Virus record (IMG/VR): IMGVR_UViG_3300028833_000001
Location: 255,171-319,170 of that record
Reading direction: 5' to 3' (one strand)
From: a virus
Lineage: Duplodnaviria > Heunggongvirae > Uroviricota > Caudoviricetes
Length of the DNA: 64,000 bases
Both the position numbers and the translations under genes were made by a program. The notes under the pieces were generated by a model. That model made no database searches and was not told the origin of the DNA. It saw only the letters and a program-made list of their open reading frames with translations. This document shows, piece by piece, positions 38,363-49,179 of this stretch. Position 1 is the stretch's first letter. Each line of letters opens with the position of its first letter.

Positions 38363-40849
38363 ATGGATATTATACGTAAACAAGTAAGTGTTGATAGAGG
38401 CATTTCCCACACACCTGGGCTAATTCCGTATTATCCATATAATGATATAAATTCAAGCATTAGATTCGTTACTGGAATCGATGTTGATGGCAATTATAAT
38501 GAATATGTATGTGATTTTGGGAAGGTGGCCAGTTGTGTGTGTGGCGTAACAGAAACACTATCGTATTATAAAGAAGAAATCTGCACATCTGGCATTTCAG
38601 AGTCTGATAATTCTATAGAGGCTAGATTTAGGTATTGTGATGCCATACATCATTACCTGAAAATTTCGGAATCTCTTAGAACTGGTGTTTTCGGAAAGGT
38701 TGTTAAACATACAGAAACTACTGTTGTTAATGTAAATTGTTCAACTTCTGACCATAATTGTTCTGAAGGCCCAATAGAAGAAACAAATTCTGAAGACTAT
38801 TATGATATAGTGACTTGTTTTCATGAAACACCATCAAAATTTGAATTTAAACCGTTAGATTGTGACTTGTTTTCGCGTATTGACCAAAATATATATAGAT
38901 TAACTTATCCAGAAATAGACCCAGACGAACCACAAACAAGTGACGAGCCAGTTCAAATAGATATGAATATGGTTTTAAAAAGACAGGAAGCCGTCGAGTC
39001 GCTTGTAGAAGGGAATTTCGTTGTTTTAATTTCAAATTATGACGAAATTATTGGTTACGAAAACGAATGGAAGTCTTGGTGGGAAAAGTGGTTTGGAGAA
39101 GGATGGGAAACAATAGCATATGGTGAGTCATATGTTCAACCCAATGAGCCGTCTTTTTTCCCTTTTTGTCAGAATTTTGAAAAATATTTTTTAGGAAAAA
39201 ATTATGTACCAAATGAATTTGCTGAAAGCGCTATAACTGGGATTTACGTTCCAGAATATGTATATAATGCCGATTTATATAATTATATAACTTGGTTTGA
39301 AGAACGTAATATCGAAAGGGATGATGAACTGCAAAAAGATTGGGATAAACATGGCGGGGATGTTTTTTTTGAATATTTAAAGACACTGTCAACACGGTGG
39401 ATAACAGGAAACACAGAGCATGATTTTTCGATACAAGAGCCACAAACAAGGTTTAAATTTTTAACGCCATATGTTAGTGTTCCTATAGTATTGACGCAGT
39501 CAAATGACGTTGCCTGGAATTATGAAAGTTATTTAGATTCAAGTAGACCGTTTTTGCCAGAAGGGGAGTTTAGCGGATATTCGATTTTTAACAGTGGGCA
39601 TTTTGTTACGTTGTCTGATTCTGGCTATGTAGAATCAAAATTATCATTTGTAGCCGACAAAAAAGCAACATTTGTTGACGGTATTTTTGGCGTGTGGGAT
39701 GAAATGAGTATCAGTAATAGCAGTTCGAAAATTTTTGCTGGAACATATCATACAGGCAACAGTGCAACCATAGGTGTATCTGTTATTCGGAAAATTTATC
39801 ATAGTGGCGGTACTGTTGATATTATTCAATTACAAGAGCAAAATGTTTTAGAAGAAGCCCCAACCGTACAACCATCAACTTCAATGGTGCTATTGGTTAA
39901 TAAATTTTTGGATGCTACAGATGGTGCCAACACGCAAAATACAACACAAATAACAAGTGGCCCAGAAATTAATGGTGATATTGTTCTAATTGAAGAAATT
40001 ACAGCAACAACGAACTACAAATATGGCTGGTGGGAATTTCAAGAAACTGATGCTAATGTGTCTTGTGGAGATGGTGAAATAATACATCCTAACGACGAAA
40101 AGTATCAAACAGTCCAAACGATATCAAACGTTAAGACGATAGTTAAAAACCCACAAGAAAATGATTTGTATTACTTTTATGTTCAATATAACAACGGTGT
40201 TGTATGTACTGGAGGTACACAAGTAAAGGTGGACTCTAAAAATACAACAAAAAATTTCATGTTGCCATATAAAAGTGATACATATTTTGACATGGAATAT
40301 ATAACAACGGATAATAACGGTGATTTGTATGTTGGTAACTATATACCTCCATCTGGTGTGACAATTGAAAGCGGTTTTTGTACTATAAATTATGTCATTG
40401 GTGGTAGGGCATATTATAATTCACAAACATCAGCATACACACCAGTGACTTATAGCGGAATACATTATTCCGAGAGTTATCCATATATAACTGGGTATAA
40501 GTTAATTACGCTTGACGGTTATAAAAATCTTGATTTTTATTACGAAACACTTCAATATGATGCAAACATAGAAACTGCAATATACGAAGAGTATAAAAAA
40601 GAAAGAAAAGTAATTAGAGCAAAGCTTGTTGGGATGGAAGTCGGTACAACGTGGACCAGCGGAAATTCAATAATAGCGCCTATATTCACTGACGAATTTA
40701 CATCAACACAACAATATGACAATAAAAGCATAATGGATATTTCAATAGATAGAGGAGTTGCGGCTGCATTTGAAACTAATTATAAGTTAGGTGAATGTAA
40801 CACACTTGAAGATATTGAAAATTATTCAAACAACTTTTTTAAAATTTAA
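38363..40849 (+). CDS. Putative virion structural protein (828 aa), rich in S/T-G motifs
   Basis: Operon context; acidic, with many SG/TG dipeptides. Confidence 0.6.
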   Translation: MDIIRKQVSVDRGISHTPGLIPYYPYNDINSSIRFVTGIDVDGNYNEYVCDFGKVASCVCGVTETLSYYKEEICTSGISESDNSIEARFRYCDAIHHYLKISESLRTGVFGKVVKHTETTVVNVNCSTSDHNCSEGPIEETNSEDYYDIVTCFHETPSKFEFKPLDCDLFSRIDQNIYRLTYPEIDPDEPQTSDEPVQIDMNMVLKRQEAVESLVEGNFVVLISNYDEIIGYENEWKSWWEKWFGEGWETIAYGESYVQPNEPSFFPFCQNFEKYFLGKNYVPNEFAESAITGIYVPEYVYNADLYNYITWFEERNIERDDELQKDWDKHGGDVFFEYLKTLSTRWITGNTEHDFSIQEPQTRFKFLTPYVSVPIVLTQSNDVAWNYESYLDSSRPFLPEGEFSGYSIFNSGHFVTLSDSGYVESKLSFVADKKATFVDGIFGVWDEMSISNSSSKIFAGTYHTGNSATIGVSVIRKIYHSGGTVDIIQLQEQNVLEEAPTVQPSTSMVLLVNKFLDATDGANTQNTTQITSGPEINGDIVLIEEITATTNYKYGWWEFQETDANVSCGDGEIIHPNDEKYQTVQTISNVKTIVKNPQENDLYYFYVQYNNGVVCTGGTQVKVDSKNTTKNFMLPYKSDTYFDMEYITTDNNGDLYVGNYIPPSGVTIESGFCTINYVIGGRAYYNSQTSAYTPVTYSGIHYSESYPYITGYKLITLDGYKNLDFYYETLQYDANIETAIYEEYKKERKVIRAKLVGMEVGTTWTSGNSIIAPIFTDEFTSTQQYDNKSIMDISIDRGVAAAFETNYKLGECNTLEDIENYSNNFFKI

Positions 40850-40877
40850 TGAAAATAAATAAAAATTATAACGTAAT

Positions 40878-41741
40878 ATGAGTAGCGGAATATTTGGAAC
40901 AGTAAAACCTGCAAATATAACACCACATTTAGATGTGGAAATTCTTTATTATTATAGGCCGACGAGAAGCAGAACTGACGCAAGTTTTGACGGATATAAG
41001 GCCCTTGACCCATCTGAATGCCTGAAAAAATCAGTAATCACAGAGTCGCATGACGCAGTTGAGGGGCTGTTCGAATTGAGATTGCCGCTTGACAAATTCA
41101 ATATGAAAGGCTTTTATACCGTTTACATAAGGCCAAAAGAATGCCAGGCAAAAATTATAGATGTAAGTGTATTGGCTAGTTATCCAGACATAAAAGGTGT
41201 TGTTTTTAATATATCAAATGGCCCACTTGCTGGTATAAATGATTTAACTGGCTATAGAATGGAATTTGAAGATGGGACAACAAGAATTATTAAATCATGT
41301 AATAGATGCGAGCCAGTGTCAGTGAATAACGGAGACGGTTACCCTAACGTTACTCGTTACATTTTGGTTGATACATCTAGCGATTATGTATTTTGTACTG
41401 TAAGCCCGTCAACAGCCCCGACGTTTAAGCCAAACGCATTGCCTTATATAGGTACACCAGGTGAGACCGTCAAAATTATGAACACTAAATTTACGCCGCA
41501 ATTAATTGAGTTCGAAATGGTTGACCATGATGCTGATACTATTTCTTATATGCTTGAAGGTGAACAGGTTAGAGATAGAGATAATGGTATTTTGACAACA
41601 TATAACACAGATAATGAAATTTATCGCCAATTTGATTTCTATTCTATTAAGAGTACTCTTGGTGAACCTCTTTATGATGTTAAAAAACGTAGAAATGATA
41701 TTGACGGAACACAATCATATGAAAATATAATGAACAAGTAA
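40878..41741 (+). CDS. Putative virion structural protein (287 aa)
   Basis: Operon context; TAATG-coupled to the next gene. Confidence 0.6.
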   Translation: MSSGIFGTVKPANITPHLDVEILYYYRPTRSRTDASFDGYKALDPSECLKKSVITESHDAVEGLFELRLPLDKFNMKGFYTVYIRPKECQAKIIDVSVLASYPDIKGVVFNISNGPLAGINDLTGYRMEFEDGTTRIIKSCNRCEPVSVNNGDGYPNVTRYILVDTSSDYVFCTVSPSTAPTFKPNALPYIGTPGETVKIMNTKFTPQLIEFEMVDHDADTISYMLEGEQVRDRDNGILTTYNTDNEIYRQFDFYSIKSTLGEPLYDVKKRRNDIDGTQSYENIMNK

Positions 41742-44701
41742 TGGCAAAAAGTAATCAATATATTAAAACAAAAGCCAATTATACGTTAGTCAAAAAACAC
41801 ATGACAACGTATAGTGGAGATATTTTTGAACAGGACCATCTTACAATATCTGCTCCGTATGATGGGGTGTATGATGACTCCGTTACTATGTTTTCCGATT
41901 CAAATTTTAAATTTAGAATCAGGGGTAAAGAAAATGCAAAGAAAAAACATTTTAACGGAAATTGGTTAGAGTCTGATAATGGGTCAACATATTGGACAGA
42001 GGCAGATTGCAATCAAGTCAATACATCAGAGACTTCAATTAAACTTAAACCGAATTACACATCATTAAAGGATTTTGCTTATTTTGGGTCGGCAAGCCAA
42101 TTAGTTAAGGCTACAATTACAGATATAATTATGCATTATCCAGGTGGAATATATTATTTAGGTGATTCATACCCAATTGATGTTAATGGTGACACATATT
42201 ATTTGGTTGCTAACGATTTTGATATTGATATAATGTCGATGGGGTGTGTTTTCGACGAAGAGGAAAACCCGATGAGAGTTTTAAGTGCTTCGTTGGATAA
42301 ATACAATTTCAAAACCACAGACAAAAAATTAACCGAACTGACATTTGAATATATAAATGGATTATGTAATGGCGAAATTTTAGGAAAATCAACAATTGTG
42401 AGTGATGGCGGTGCAGTTGTGTTATATGTTTATTTGGACAAAAACGGAGAAAAAAAGATATTAACCGATGACCCTGGAGCTTTTGGTAATCCTATAATTG
42501 TACCAACAAAAGAAGTTTTTGATGAAATGTATGATTCGTTAGATGATTTTTCAAAGGTTTTACTTGATTATACAACGAATCCATTGTTTGTGGCAAAATT
42601 TGATACCCCACATTTTAATCGCGACGGTAGATATTGGGTACTAGAAAAATATATATTTCCAAGTATTACCAGTTCAGACGGTAAATTTTTCAGTCCAAGA
42701 ACATCTGGCCCAGCATTTTCTGGGTATTTTGCCAAACTAATGGCATTGGCTGAATCTTTGGATGAGTTTGATTCTAATAATTTGATTAGAATGTTGACTC
42801 ACGAATCAATTTTGAATTTGGATTGGAGTGTATTAAACACGAAATATGCCGATGACGAAGATAATTCTGTTGACAACTCCAGAATTAAAGCTATGCTTGA
42901 AATTTATGCTAGACAGTTTGATGACATAAAAAGATATGCTGACAACGTTAAAAACACTACTAAAATTTCGTATAATGAATCTAGTAATGTTCCTGACTAT
43001 TTTCTTTCTGATAAAGCGAATAATGATGGGTGGGATTTGCCAAATATGGCCCCAATAGAGGATACAAGTATATACACTAATGTTTTATACCCGCAATCAA
43101 TGTCTGTCGGGTACAATAGTTCTGATTATAATATAGAGTTTGAAAGAAGACTAATACTTAATAGTCGGTTCATAAAATCATTAAGGGGTACGAGATATGG
43201 TGTTGAAACGCTTCTTGGCTTGCTTGGATTGAAAAATGGCGCAAAGGAAACAGACCAATCCATAAACACTGGTTTGACAGCTGGATATTATGAATTGCAT
43301 GAACATATTGCGGTTGCAACTACATTTCCGTCATTAATAGACATTAATTTAGCCATTGAAAATAGCGATGATTATGACGAAACTTATTCTCAATATTTTG
43401 ATTACCCAATAGCTATCGTAAACAGGGGTGAAACGCCTAGTGCAAATTTTGTTGTTCCGTGGTACGACAGAAAAAATAGCTATACAAATTATATGTACTT
43501 TCAGATGAATGGAGGTTGGGGGCACGTTCCGTCTAAAAAAATTAATCTTGAAATTAGTACGGCTTCGTCAATAACGGAAACTGCAATAACATCAATCTAC
43601 GATGAAACTATACAATATTTGAAGTATGCCACCACAATAGATGAGTTGACTGGATACACGCAATCAAATATTAGGAGAAACATGGTTTGTTATGTCGAAA
43701 ATATAGAGGGTATTTACGGTGGATACAATGCGGATGAGGAAGATAAGGCTATAATAGAAGAAACTAGTGGCGAATGTTTTTCTCACTATTTTATATTGAA
43801 AAACACAGCGTTGTCTCCGTTTATAGGATTTGTAACTCCAGATGAAAGTGGGGGGAAATATAATTGTTATGGGTGGAGAAACGTATTCAGACATGAATTT
43901 GATGGAACATCGGCCATAACTTGCGATGGAACTTGCGTTTTGTATTTAGAATCAATACAATCGGATAACAGTGGAAATAACATGCACGCTGGATTTGGTG
44001 AATATGACGATGGGTTAGAATATCTTGAATATTTCAATCAAATTTTTAAAAACAAATTAGAAAATAACCAATTTTCACTAGTTTCGTCAAACGATGGGGC
44101 AGACCTACCAATTTCAATTGACACAATTAAAAATATTGGGTTTAATGTTGATTTTAATTTAGTTGTTGACGATACAAAATGCCATTGTTTCATTAATACA
44201 GATTCAACTGGAATAGAAATAATTGACCCGTCTGTGCTTGGAGATGATGCGAATGATAGCGAACAGACTGATAGTGAAACTTTGGTTATAGTTGGCGATG
44301 AAGTTGACGATGATATGGATTTAACAAATTGGGATGATATATATGATTCTTTTGTTAATCCTATTGATGGTGGTGATTCAGTTGATGAAATGGCTGCTCT
44401 ATCGGTTATTAATGTTAAAAATACAAATATTAATTTTATAACGAACAATAATATTCATTATAGGGAATACATACAATATATCATAATACCTTTATTAGAG
44501 CAAATGATTCCGTCTACAACGATTTTTTCATACACATTTGACGGAGAAGAAAGCCCAGCAATTGCTGAACCGTTTAGTAATGCTCAACCAATTTCAATAA
44601 CCACATTGTATGCCGATGCTGCTGTTCCGTCAGAATATGAACCATTGACCGAGTTTGACATCAATACAAATACAATACCGACAATAATAGAAGTAGAATA
44701 A
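41741..44701 (+). CDS. Baseplate wedge subunit, P2 gpI / T4 gp7-like
   Basis: VPDYFL and RRLILNSRFIKSLRGTRYGVETLLGLLG resemble the K-GT...E..L motif; C-terminal MIPSTT. Confidence 0.6.
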   Translation: MAKSNQYIKTKANYTLVKKHMTTYSGDIFEQDHLTISAPYDGVYDDSVTMFSDSNFKFRIRGKENAKKKHFNGNWLESDNGSTYWTEADCNQVNTSETSIKLKPNYTSLKDFAYFGSASQLVKATITDIIMHYPGGIYYLGDSYPIDVNGDTYYLVANDFDIDIMSMGCVFDEEENPMRVLSASLDKYNFKTTDKKLTELTFEYINGLCNGEILGKSTIVSDGGAVVLYVYLDKNGEKKILTDDPGAFGNPIIVPTKEVFDEMYDSLDDFSKVLLDYTTNPLFVAKFDTPHFNRDGRYWVLEKYIFPSITSSDGKFFSPRTSGPAFSGYFAKLMALAESLDEFDSNNLIRMLTHESILNLDWSVLNTKYADDEDNSVDNSRIKAMLEIYARQFDDIKRYADNVKNTTKISYNESSNVPDYFLSDKANNDGWDLPNMAPIEDTSIYTNVLYPQSMSVGYNSSDYNIEFERRLILNSRFIKSLRGTRYGVETLLGLLGLKNGAKETDQSINTGLTAGYYELHEHIAVATTFPSLIDINLAIENSDDYDETYSQYFDYPIAIVNRGETPSANFVVPWYDRKNSYTNYMYFQMNGGWGHVPSKKINLEISTASSITETAITSIYDETIQYLKYATTIDELTGYTQSNIRRNMVCYVENIEGIYGGYNADEEDKAIIEETSGECFSHYFILKNTALSPFIGFVTPDESGGKYNCYGWRNVFRHEFDGTSAITCDGTCVLYLESIQSDNSGNNMHAGFGEYDDGLEYLEYFNQIFKNKLENNQFSLVSSNDGADLPISIDTIKNIGFNVDFNLVVDDTKCHCFINTDSTGIEIIDPSVLGDDANDSEQTDSETLVIVGDEVDDDMDLTNWDDIYDSFVNPIDGGDSVDEMAALSVINVKNTNINFITNNNIHYREYIQYIIIPLLEQMIPSTTIFSYTFDGEESPAIAEPFSNAQPISITTLYADAAVPSEYEPLTEFDINTNTIPTIIEVE

Positions 44702-44714
44702 ACACTATACATAT

Positions 44715-45791
44715 ATGGCTAGAATATTTAGTTGGAAAATAACAAACGGTAAGTACGCCTATCTTGTTAAAGATGAGGAAAATAACACTTATATTAGAAA
44801 TAGAATAAACGACAGCCTTACATTATTGGCTTTTTCAAAAACAATTTTAGGCTTTAGTGAAAATCAATATATGGCTGAATATAATAACCTAAGGAATGAA
44901 GTATTAAGCCTTTACGGGAAAGATATTGGTAGTGATTATAGCGTATATTATGATACTGGAGAAGATGGAGGCTCTAACAGGCTAATACTTTTAACTGGAA
45001 AAGATGGTGAAAATGCAAGTAGTGTACAAAACAATAATGGAGTCATATCTAATAATGATTATGAGACTTTATCTAGTATTATAGACACCAGAATTGACGA
45101 ATATCAAGAAAGGGAAAATTTGTTACGAGACGATGTTAAGGAATATATTGAAGCTTCTATAGGCTCATCAGTGTCAAATGCTATGGAAAATATAATTGCG
45201 ACAAACGCAAGACTAGATGCATTACAATTAGAAGTTAATGATGTCATATCCAACGACTCTGATATAATTAATGCAATTGATGTTTTTACTGGCGCAACGC
45301 AAAACAATATGGCAACACTTTTGTCAGACACAACTGCGTTGAAAGGTTGGATGAATGATTATAGTGGAAGTATCAGTGGAATTGTTCATGATTATAATGA
45401 GGCAAATTATACAATTGGTTCTATGGATGGGGCCAACCCTTCTAGTGGCTTATTCGCCAATATTGGAACATGTTTCAACAAATTAAACAATAAAATAGGT
45501 AAAGTTGAATCTCAATGCTATGAATTATCTGGCACTGTAGAAACTATAAGAAAACCTATATCGAACGATGATATAACTCAAATATTATCTTCAAAGTCTG
45601 TAATAAATAAAGATTCGTGCGTGCAGCAATTATCTTCAGAAGATGGGATTGTTTTTAAATATAGCGACAACGCTTTTATGTCGTTTTTGAGCGGCGAAAT
45701 AACACTACAATCTGGCGATTATGGACTGAAAATAACTAATGATGGTATTTTTGTAAGAAAAAAAGGTGGTGATTACATAAAACAAAAATAG
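44715..45791 (+). CDS. Putative tail-associated coiled-coil protein
   Basis: Heptad-like middle region and beta-strand-repeat-like C-terminus; last gene before the terminator. Confidence 0.55.
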   Translation: MARIFSWKITNGKYAYLVKDEENNTYIRNRINDSLTLLAFSKTILGFSENQYMAEYNNLRNEVLSLYGKDIGSDYSVYYDTGEDGGSNRLILLTGKDGENASSVQNNNGVISNNDYETLSSIIDTRIDEYQERENLLRDDVKEYIEASIGSSVSNAMENIIATNARLDALQLEVNDVISNDSDIINAIDVFTGATQNNMATLLSDTTALKGWMNDYSGSISGIVHDYNEANYTIGSMDGANPSSGLFANIGTCFNKLNNKIGKVESQCYELSGTVETIRKPISNDDITQILSSKSVINKDSCVQQLSSEDGIVFKYSDNAFMSFLSGEITLQSGDYGLKITNDGIFVRKKGGDYIKQK

Positions 45792-45801
45792 AATAAAAAA
45801 T

Positions 45802-45834
45802 GCGTGGCAAATAAAATGCCACGCTTGTTTTTTT
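45802..45834 (+). terminator. Intrinsic terminator
   Basis: gcgtggca/tgccacgc 8-bp stem followed by a T tract. Confidence 0.85.
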
Positions 45835-45842
45835 ATGACAAA

Positions 45843-45850
45843 CTATTTAT
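45843..45850 (+). promoter_or_regulatory. Putative late promoter CTATTTAT
   Basis: Directly after the terminator, before the fibre operon. Confidence 0.6.
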
Positions 45851-45895
45851 GTTAAATGAATAATAACCACAAGACTTCAATATAACAACATATAC

Positions 45896-46870
45896 ATGGC
45901 AAGAATAGTTGTAAATCCCCATAGAGATACTGAAAGTGTAATAAGACATGAGCAGAGTAAAGGCAAAATACTTAATAACAGAGGGGAGATTTTAATTTGT
46001 AACGAGCCTGGAAACGAGGGGGTATACGTTTTAAATTCAAGGCATGAACTTGTCAAAGTTGGAACTAATTTATCAACAGCAACAAGCGCTATAACTAAAG
46101 AATATATCGACCAAAGAATTGTTGAATTAATGTCTGGCTATAGCGGAACAAGTATTGATGAAAATGTCGTTAGACAGATAGCTAATGACAGTGTTAATAC
46201 GGCTATAGAAGAGTTAATTGATAATGCTGATGAGAGGTATAATACACTTGGCAAAATTTCTGAGTGGATTATTAATAATTCTGGTTCCGATGTTACTTGG
46301 GTTATTGATAGTATTTCAGCGCTTACAGAAAATATTACTAACATTGAAAATGATGTTTCTGGTATAACAGAAAACATGTCAGGTCTTGATAATAGAGTTG
46401 GGTATCTTGAAGGGGTTGTTTCAGGCAAAAGTACAGACCATTTTGTGATGACTTTAAGTCAATATCAAGAATTATTGACAAACGGTATTGTTAATGTGGA
46501 CAAATATGGCACAATAACATATAATGATGACCATTTTTATTGTATATATGAAGATGATACCCCTCAACCAACACCATCAAGTGGAACTATTATAATGAGT
46601 GGCGACACAATAAGTTTTGATGCAAATTATCCGTATGAAAATGGCGAAGTTCCATCACTATACATAGGAGAAATAGAAACATCTGGAAATGGTGTAGTTC
46701 AAGTTGATTGGCTCATTGATAACGGAAATGATGATAGTCAAACTGAAGATGTTGATATAGAAGGTGATAGAATATCAATTAGCAATGCAGTTTATAACTC
46801 TGGTGAACTAAACATAGGAACAATAAACGATAATAAATATGGTATTGTTGATGTACCATGGGAAATTTAA
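45896..46870 (+). CDS. Putative short tail/head fibre protein
   Basis: N-terminal GEILICN motif related to the two fibres downstream; YNTLGKISEWI fibre motif; coiled coil. Confidence 0.55.
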   Translation: MARIVVNPHRDTESVIRHEQSKGKILNNRGEILICNEPGNEGVYVLNSRHELVKVGTNLSTATSAITKEYIDQRIVELMSGYSGTSIDENVVRQIANDSVNTAIEELIDNADERYNTLGKISEWIINNSGSDVTWVIDSISALTENITNIENDVSGITENMSGLDNRVGYLEGVVSGKSTDHFVMTLSQYQELLTNGIVNVDKYGTITYNDDHFYCIYEDDTPQPTPSSGTIIMSGDTISFDANYPYENGEVPSLYIGEIETSGNGVVQVDWLIDNGNDDSQTEDVDIEGDRISISNAVYNSGELNIGTINDNKYGIVDVPWEI

Positions 46871-46907
46871 ATTAGAAGTGAATAATAAGTAAAAAAGAAA
46901 TAAAAAT

Positions 46908-48947
46908 ATGTCATACGTAAAACAATTTAGAGCAAAAGCAAAAGATACTGGCGCAGATGTAATTCTTGATATTTATGCTTCATCAGCAGATACATCTATA
47001 AGCGCAGTAACTTCTTTAAATACAGAAGCTATTGGTAATGTTGAAAAATACTCAGAATATGATGGTGAGAAATATCATGAAGGTTTGACATTTGTCAATG
47101 GAGCACAAAGAGGTGTGATAGAGCTAAATGATAAGGGTAATTTGGCTGTGGAATCGTTATCAAAGCATCTTAACCTTGAATCAGCAAAGGGTGTGCAAAT
47201 TAAACCAACAACAAACATAATATTAGACTCAACAAGAAGAATTGTTTCAAATAAGGGTAACGAAATTCAAGTAGAAGCAAAGTTTGATGATTATGGAAAA
47301 GTAACTGGTTTTGACGGCTCTGATGAACCTTGGGCGGAATTAAAAATAAACTCAAGAAATCTTGATTTACGCTGTCACGACCACGGTGGAATTGCATTGC
47401 AAATTGCTGGGCACGATGGAAGCGGTTTTGAAAATAAAATAAAATTTGAAAGCGATAGAACAACGCAAATCGGTGCGACAAAACATTACAGTGGAGAAGG
47501 CGGAAAAGGCCTTGAATTTGGAACCTTTAATAATGAACATGCATCTCTTTTCTGTGGTGATTATAGATTTAAGGGGGACGCTAATGTATATGGAGTAACA
47601 AGACAAACACCAACACAAACGTCAACTGGAAAAATAGATTACCCAACACAAAATGATGATTTTAAGGATGTTATAGACCCAACAAAGGCTGCTACTTGGA
47701 ATGAAATTATAGATGCAGCTAAAAAATGTGCAAATCTTGATGAAACTGTTAGGGCTGAAGTTGCAAAAGCGGCTTTGAGTGGCGAAATAGACACTAGTAT
47801 ATTCGTTACTAAGAGCGATGTTAACGATATTGTAGCGTCCGCAATAAGCGAAGCACATATTGATTTAACTGGGCTAGCAACAGAAGAGTGGGTTCTTGAC
47901 CAAAATTATATTGACGCTTTACCAGATGGTGTTCAATATATTAAAATGGGTAAGAGCAAAGGCAATTTCGCCGTTGATGTTACTGGCAAATATACTTGGG
48001 AGTTAACAAGTCCTAAATCAGCAACGACAGTTGATGAATATGATGATGTACACGCAAAAGGTGATAGGGTTATAAATTACACAAATGAAGCGTTTTATAC
48101 CGACCCAAATAAGGTGTACTACAAAGCTGGAATGGAGACCAAACTAGCTGATAACGTTACTGTTGTACCAGCAGATACAATTGTTTACAACCAAGCATGT
48201 AATTTAACATTTGATGTTCCTGAAGGTGCATATCAATATTTCCCATGCACAAGTGCAGATACATCATTTTATGAGGACCCAACTAAATTTGCTTATAAAT
48301 GCCTAATTAAGGACTCTTTAGATTTTGAAGGAAATCCAAGGCCGAAAAAATATATGGTTGATGGTGCTGGCCTTTCTGAATCAGCAATTACATATTATAA
48401 CAGTAAAGCAACAGTTTATGATGAAGATGGTGTTACCGTTTTAGTTCCTGGCGAATGGGAACGTGTTGATGTTTGGAAAAAATCGACATTGTGGTCACAA
48501 AACGAAATCAACATTAACCTTGAAACAGATAGTAAAATAAAATTTGCTGGAAAGAAAATAGAAACTGTATGGACCTATGATGATGTAGACCATAAAATGG
48601 ATGATATTTTACTTTCAACCAATACATTATCTACAGATGCAAATGAAGTTGTGTTTGAACAAAAGATTTCTAAAAACGGTGATAGAGAAGGCCAAGATAG
48701 TGAAATAGTGTATTCATTTGGAAATAATGTTGCTGACACTGAAAAGGTTCCAGATTTTGAAGCGTTTAAGGCAAATTACAACGGAAAGCATACACCAAAA
48801 ACAGATGAAGAACTACAATCAATGTATGATGCTTTCTTAGCTGAAGGTCAATCGTTTGAAATTAGGGTAAAAGTAAGTGAACTTCTTGGATTGGTTTCCA
48901 GGGTTGCTGAACTTGAAGCAAGGTTGAATGCATTAGAAAATAATTAA
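46908..48947 (+). CDS. Putative tail fibre protein
   Basis: DLTGLATEEWV motif; C-terminal coiled coil RVAELEARLNALE. Confidence 0.55.
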   Translation: MSYVKQFRAKAKDTGADVILDIYASSADTSISAVTSLNTEAIGNVEKYSEYDGEKYHEGLTFVNGAQRGVIELNDKGNLAVESLSKHLNLESAKGVQIKPTTNIILDSTRRIVSNKGNEIQVEAKFDDYGKVTGFDGSDEPWAELKINSRNLDLRCHDHGGIALQIAGHDGSGFENKIKFESDRTTQIGATKHYSGEGGKGLEFGTFNNEHASLFCGDYRFKGDANVYGVTRQTPTQTSTGKIDYPTQNDDFKDVIDPTKAATWNEIIDAAKKCANLDETVRAEVAKAALSGEIDTSIFVTKSDVNDIVASAISEAHIDLTGLATEEWVLDQNYIDALPDGVQYIKMGKSKGNFAVDVTGKYTWELTSPKSATTVDEYDDVHAKGDRVINYTNEAFYTDPNKVYYKAGMETKLADNVTVVPADTIVYNQACNLTFDVPEGAYQYFPCTSADTSFYEDPTKFAYKCLIKDSLDFEGNPRPKKYMVDGAGLSESAITYYNSKATVYDEDGVTVLVPGEWERVDVWKKSTLWSQNEININLETDSKIKFAGKKIETVWTYDDVDHKMDDILLSTNTLSTDANEVVFEQKISKNGDREGQDSEIVYSFGNNVADTEKVPDFEAFKANYNGKHTPKTDEELQSMYDAFLAEGQSFEIRVKVSELLGLVSRVAELEARLNALENN

Positions 48948-48961
48948 TATATTGTTTATAA

Positions 48962-49141
48962 ATGATAATTCACGGTAAACAAGAAATAATTGACTTATAT
49001 CATGGTGCACTTCAATTAATAGAAGTGTACCATGGTAAATTATTGATTTATAAGTTAAAAAAGGAAATAGATTCATGTTTTGGTAATGGGTATTGGATTA
49101 ACAATTTACCGTGGTTAAATACAGATGGGTGGAAAAATTAA
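48962..49141 (+). CDS. Small 59-aa tail-associated protein, missing from the ORF track
   Basis: MIIHGKQEIIDLYHGALQLIEVYHGKLLIYKLKKEIDSCFGNGYWINNLPWLNTDGWKN*; fills the gap on the coding strand. Confidence 0.8.
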   Translation: MIIHGKQEIIDLYHGALQLIEVYHGKLLIYKLKKEIDSCFGNGYWINNLPWLNTDGWKN

Positions 49142-49179
49142 ATTTTATTAATAACAAACAATATTTTCATTAAGGAAGA

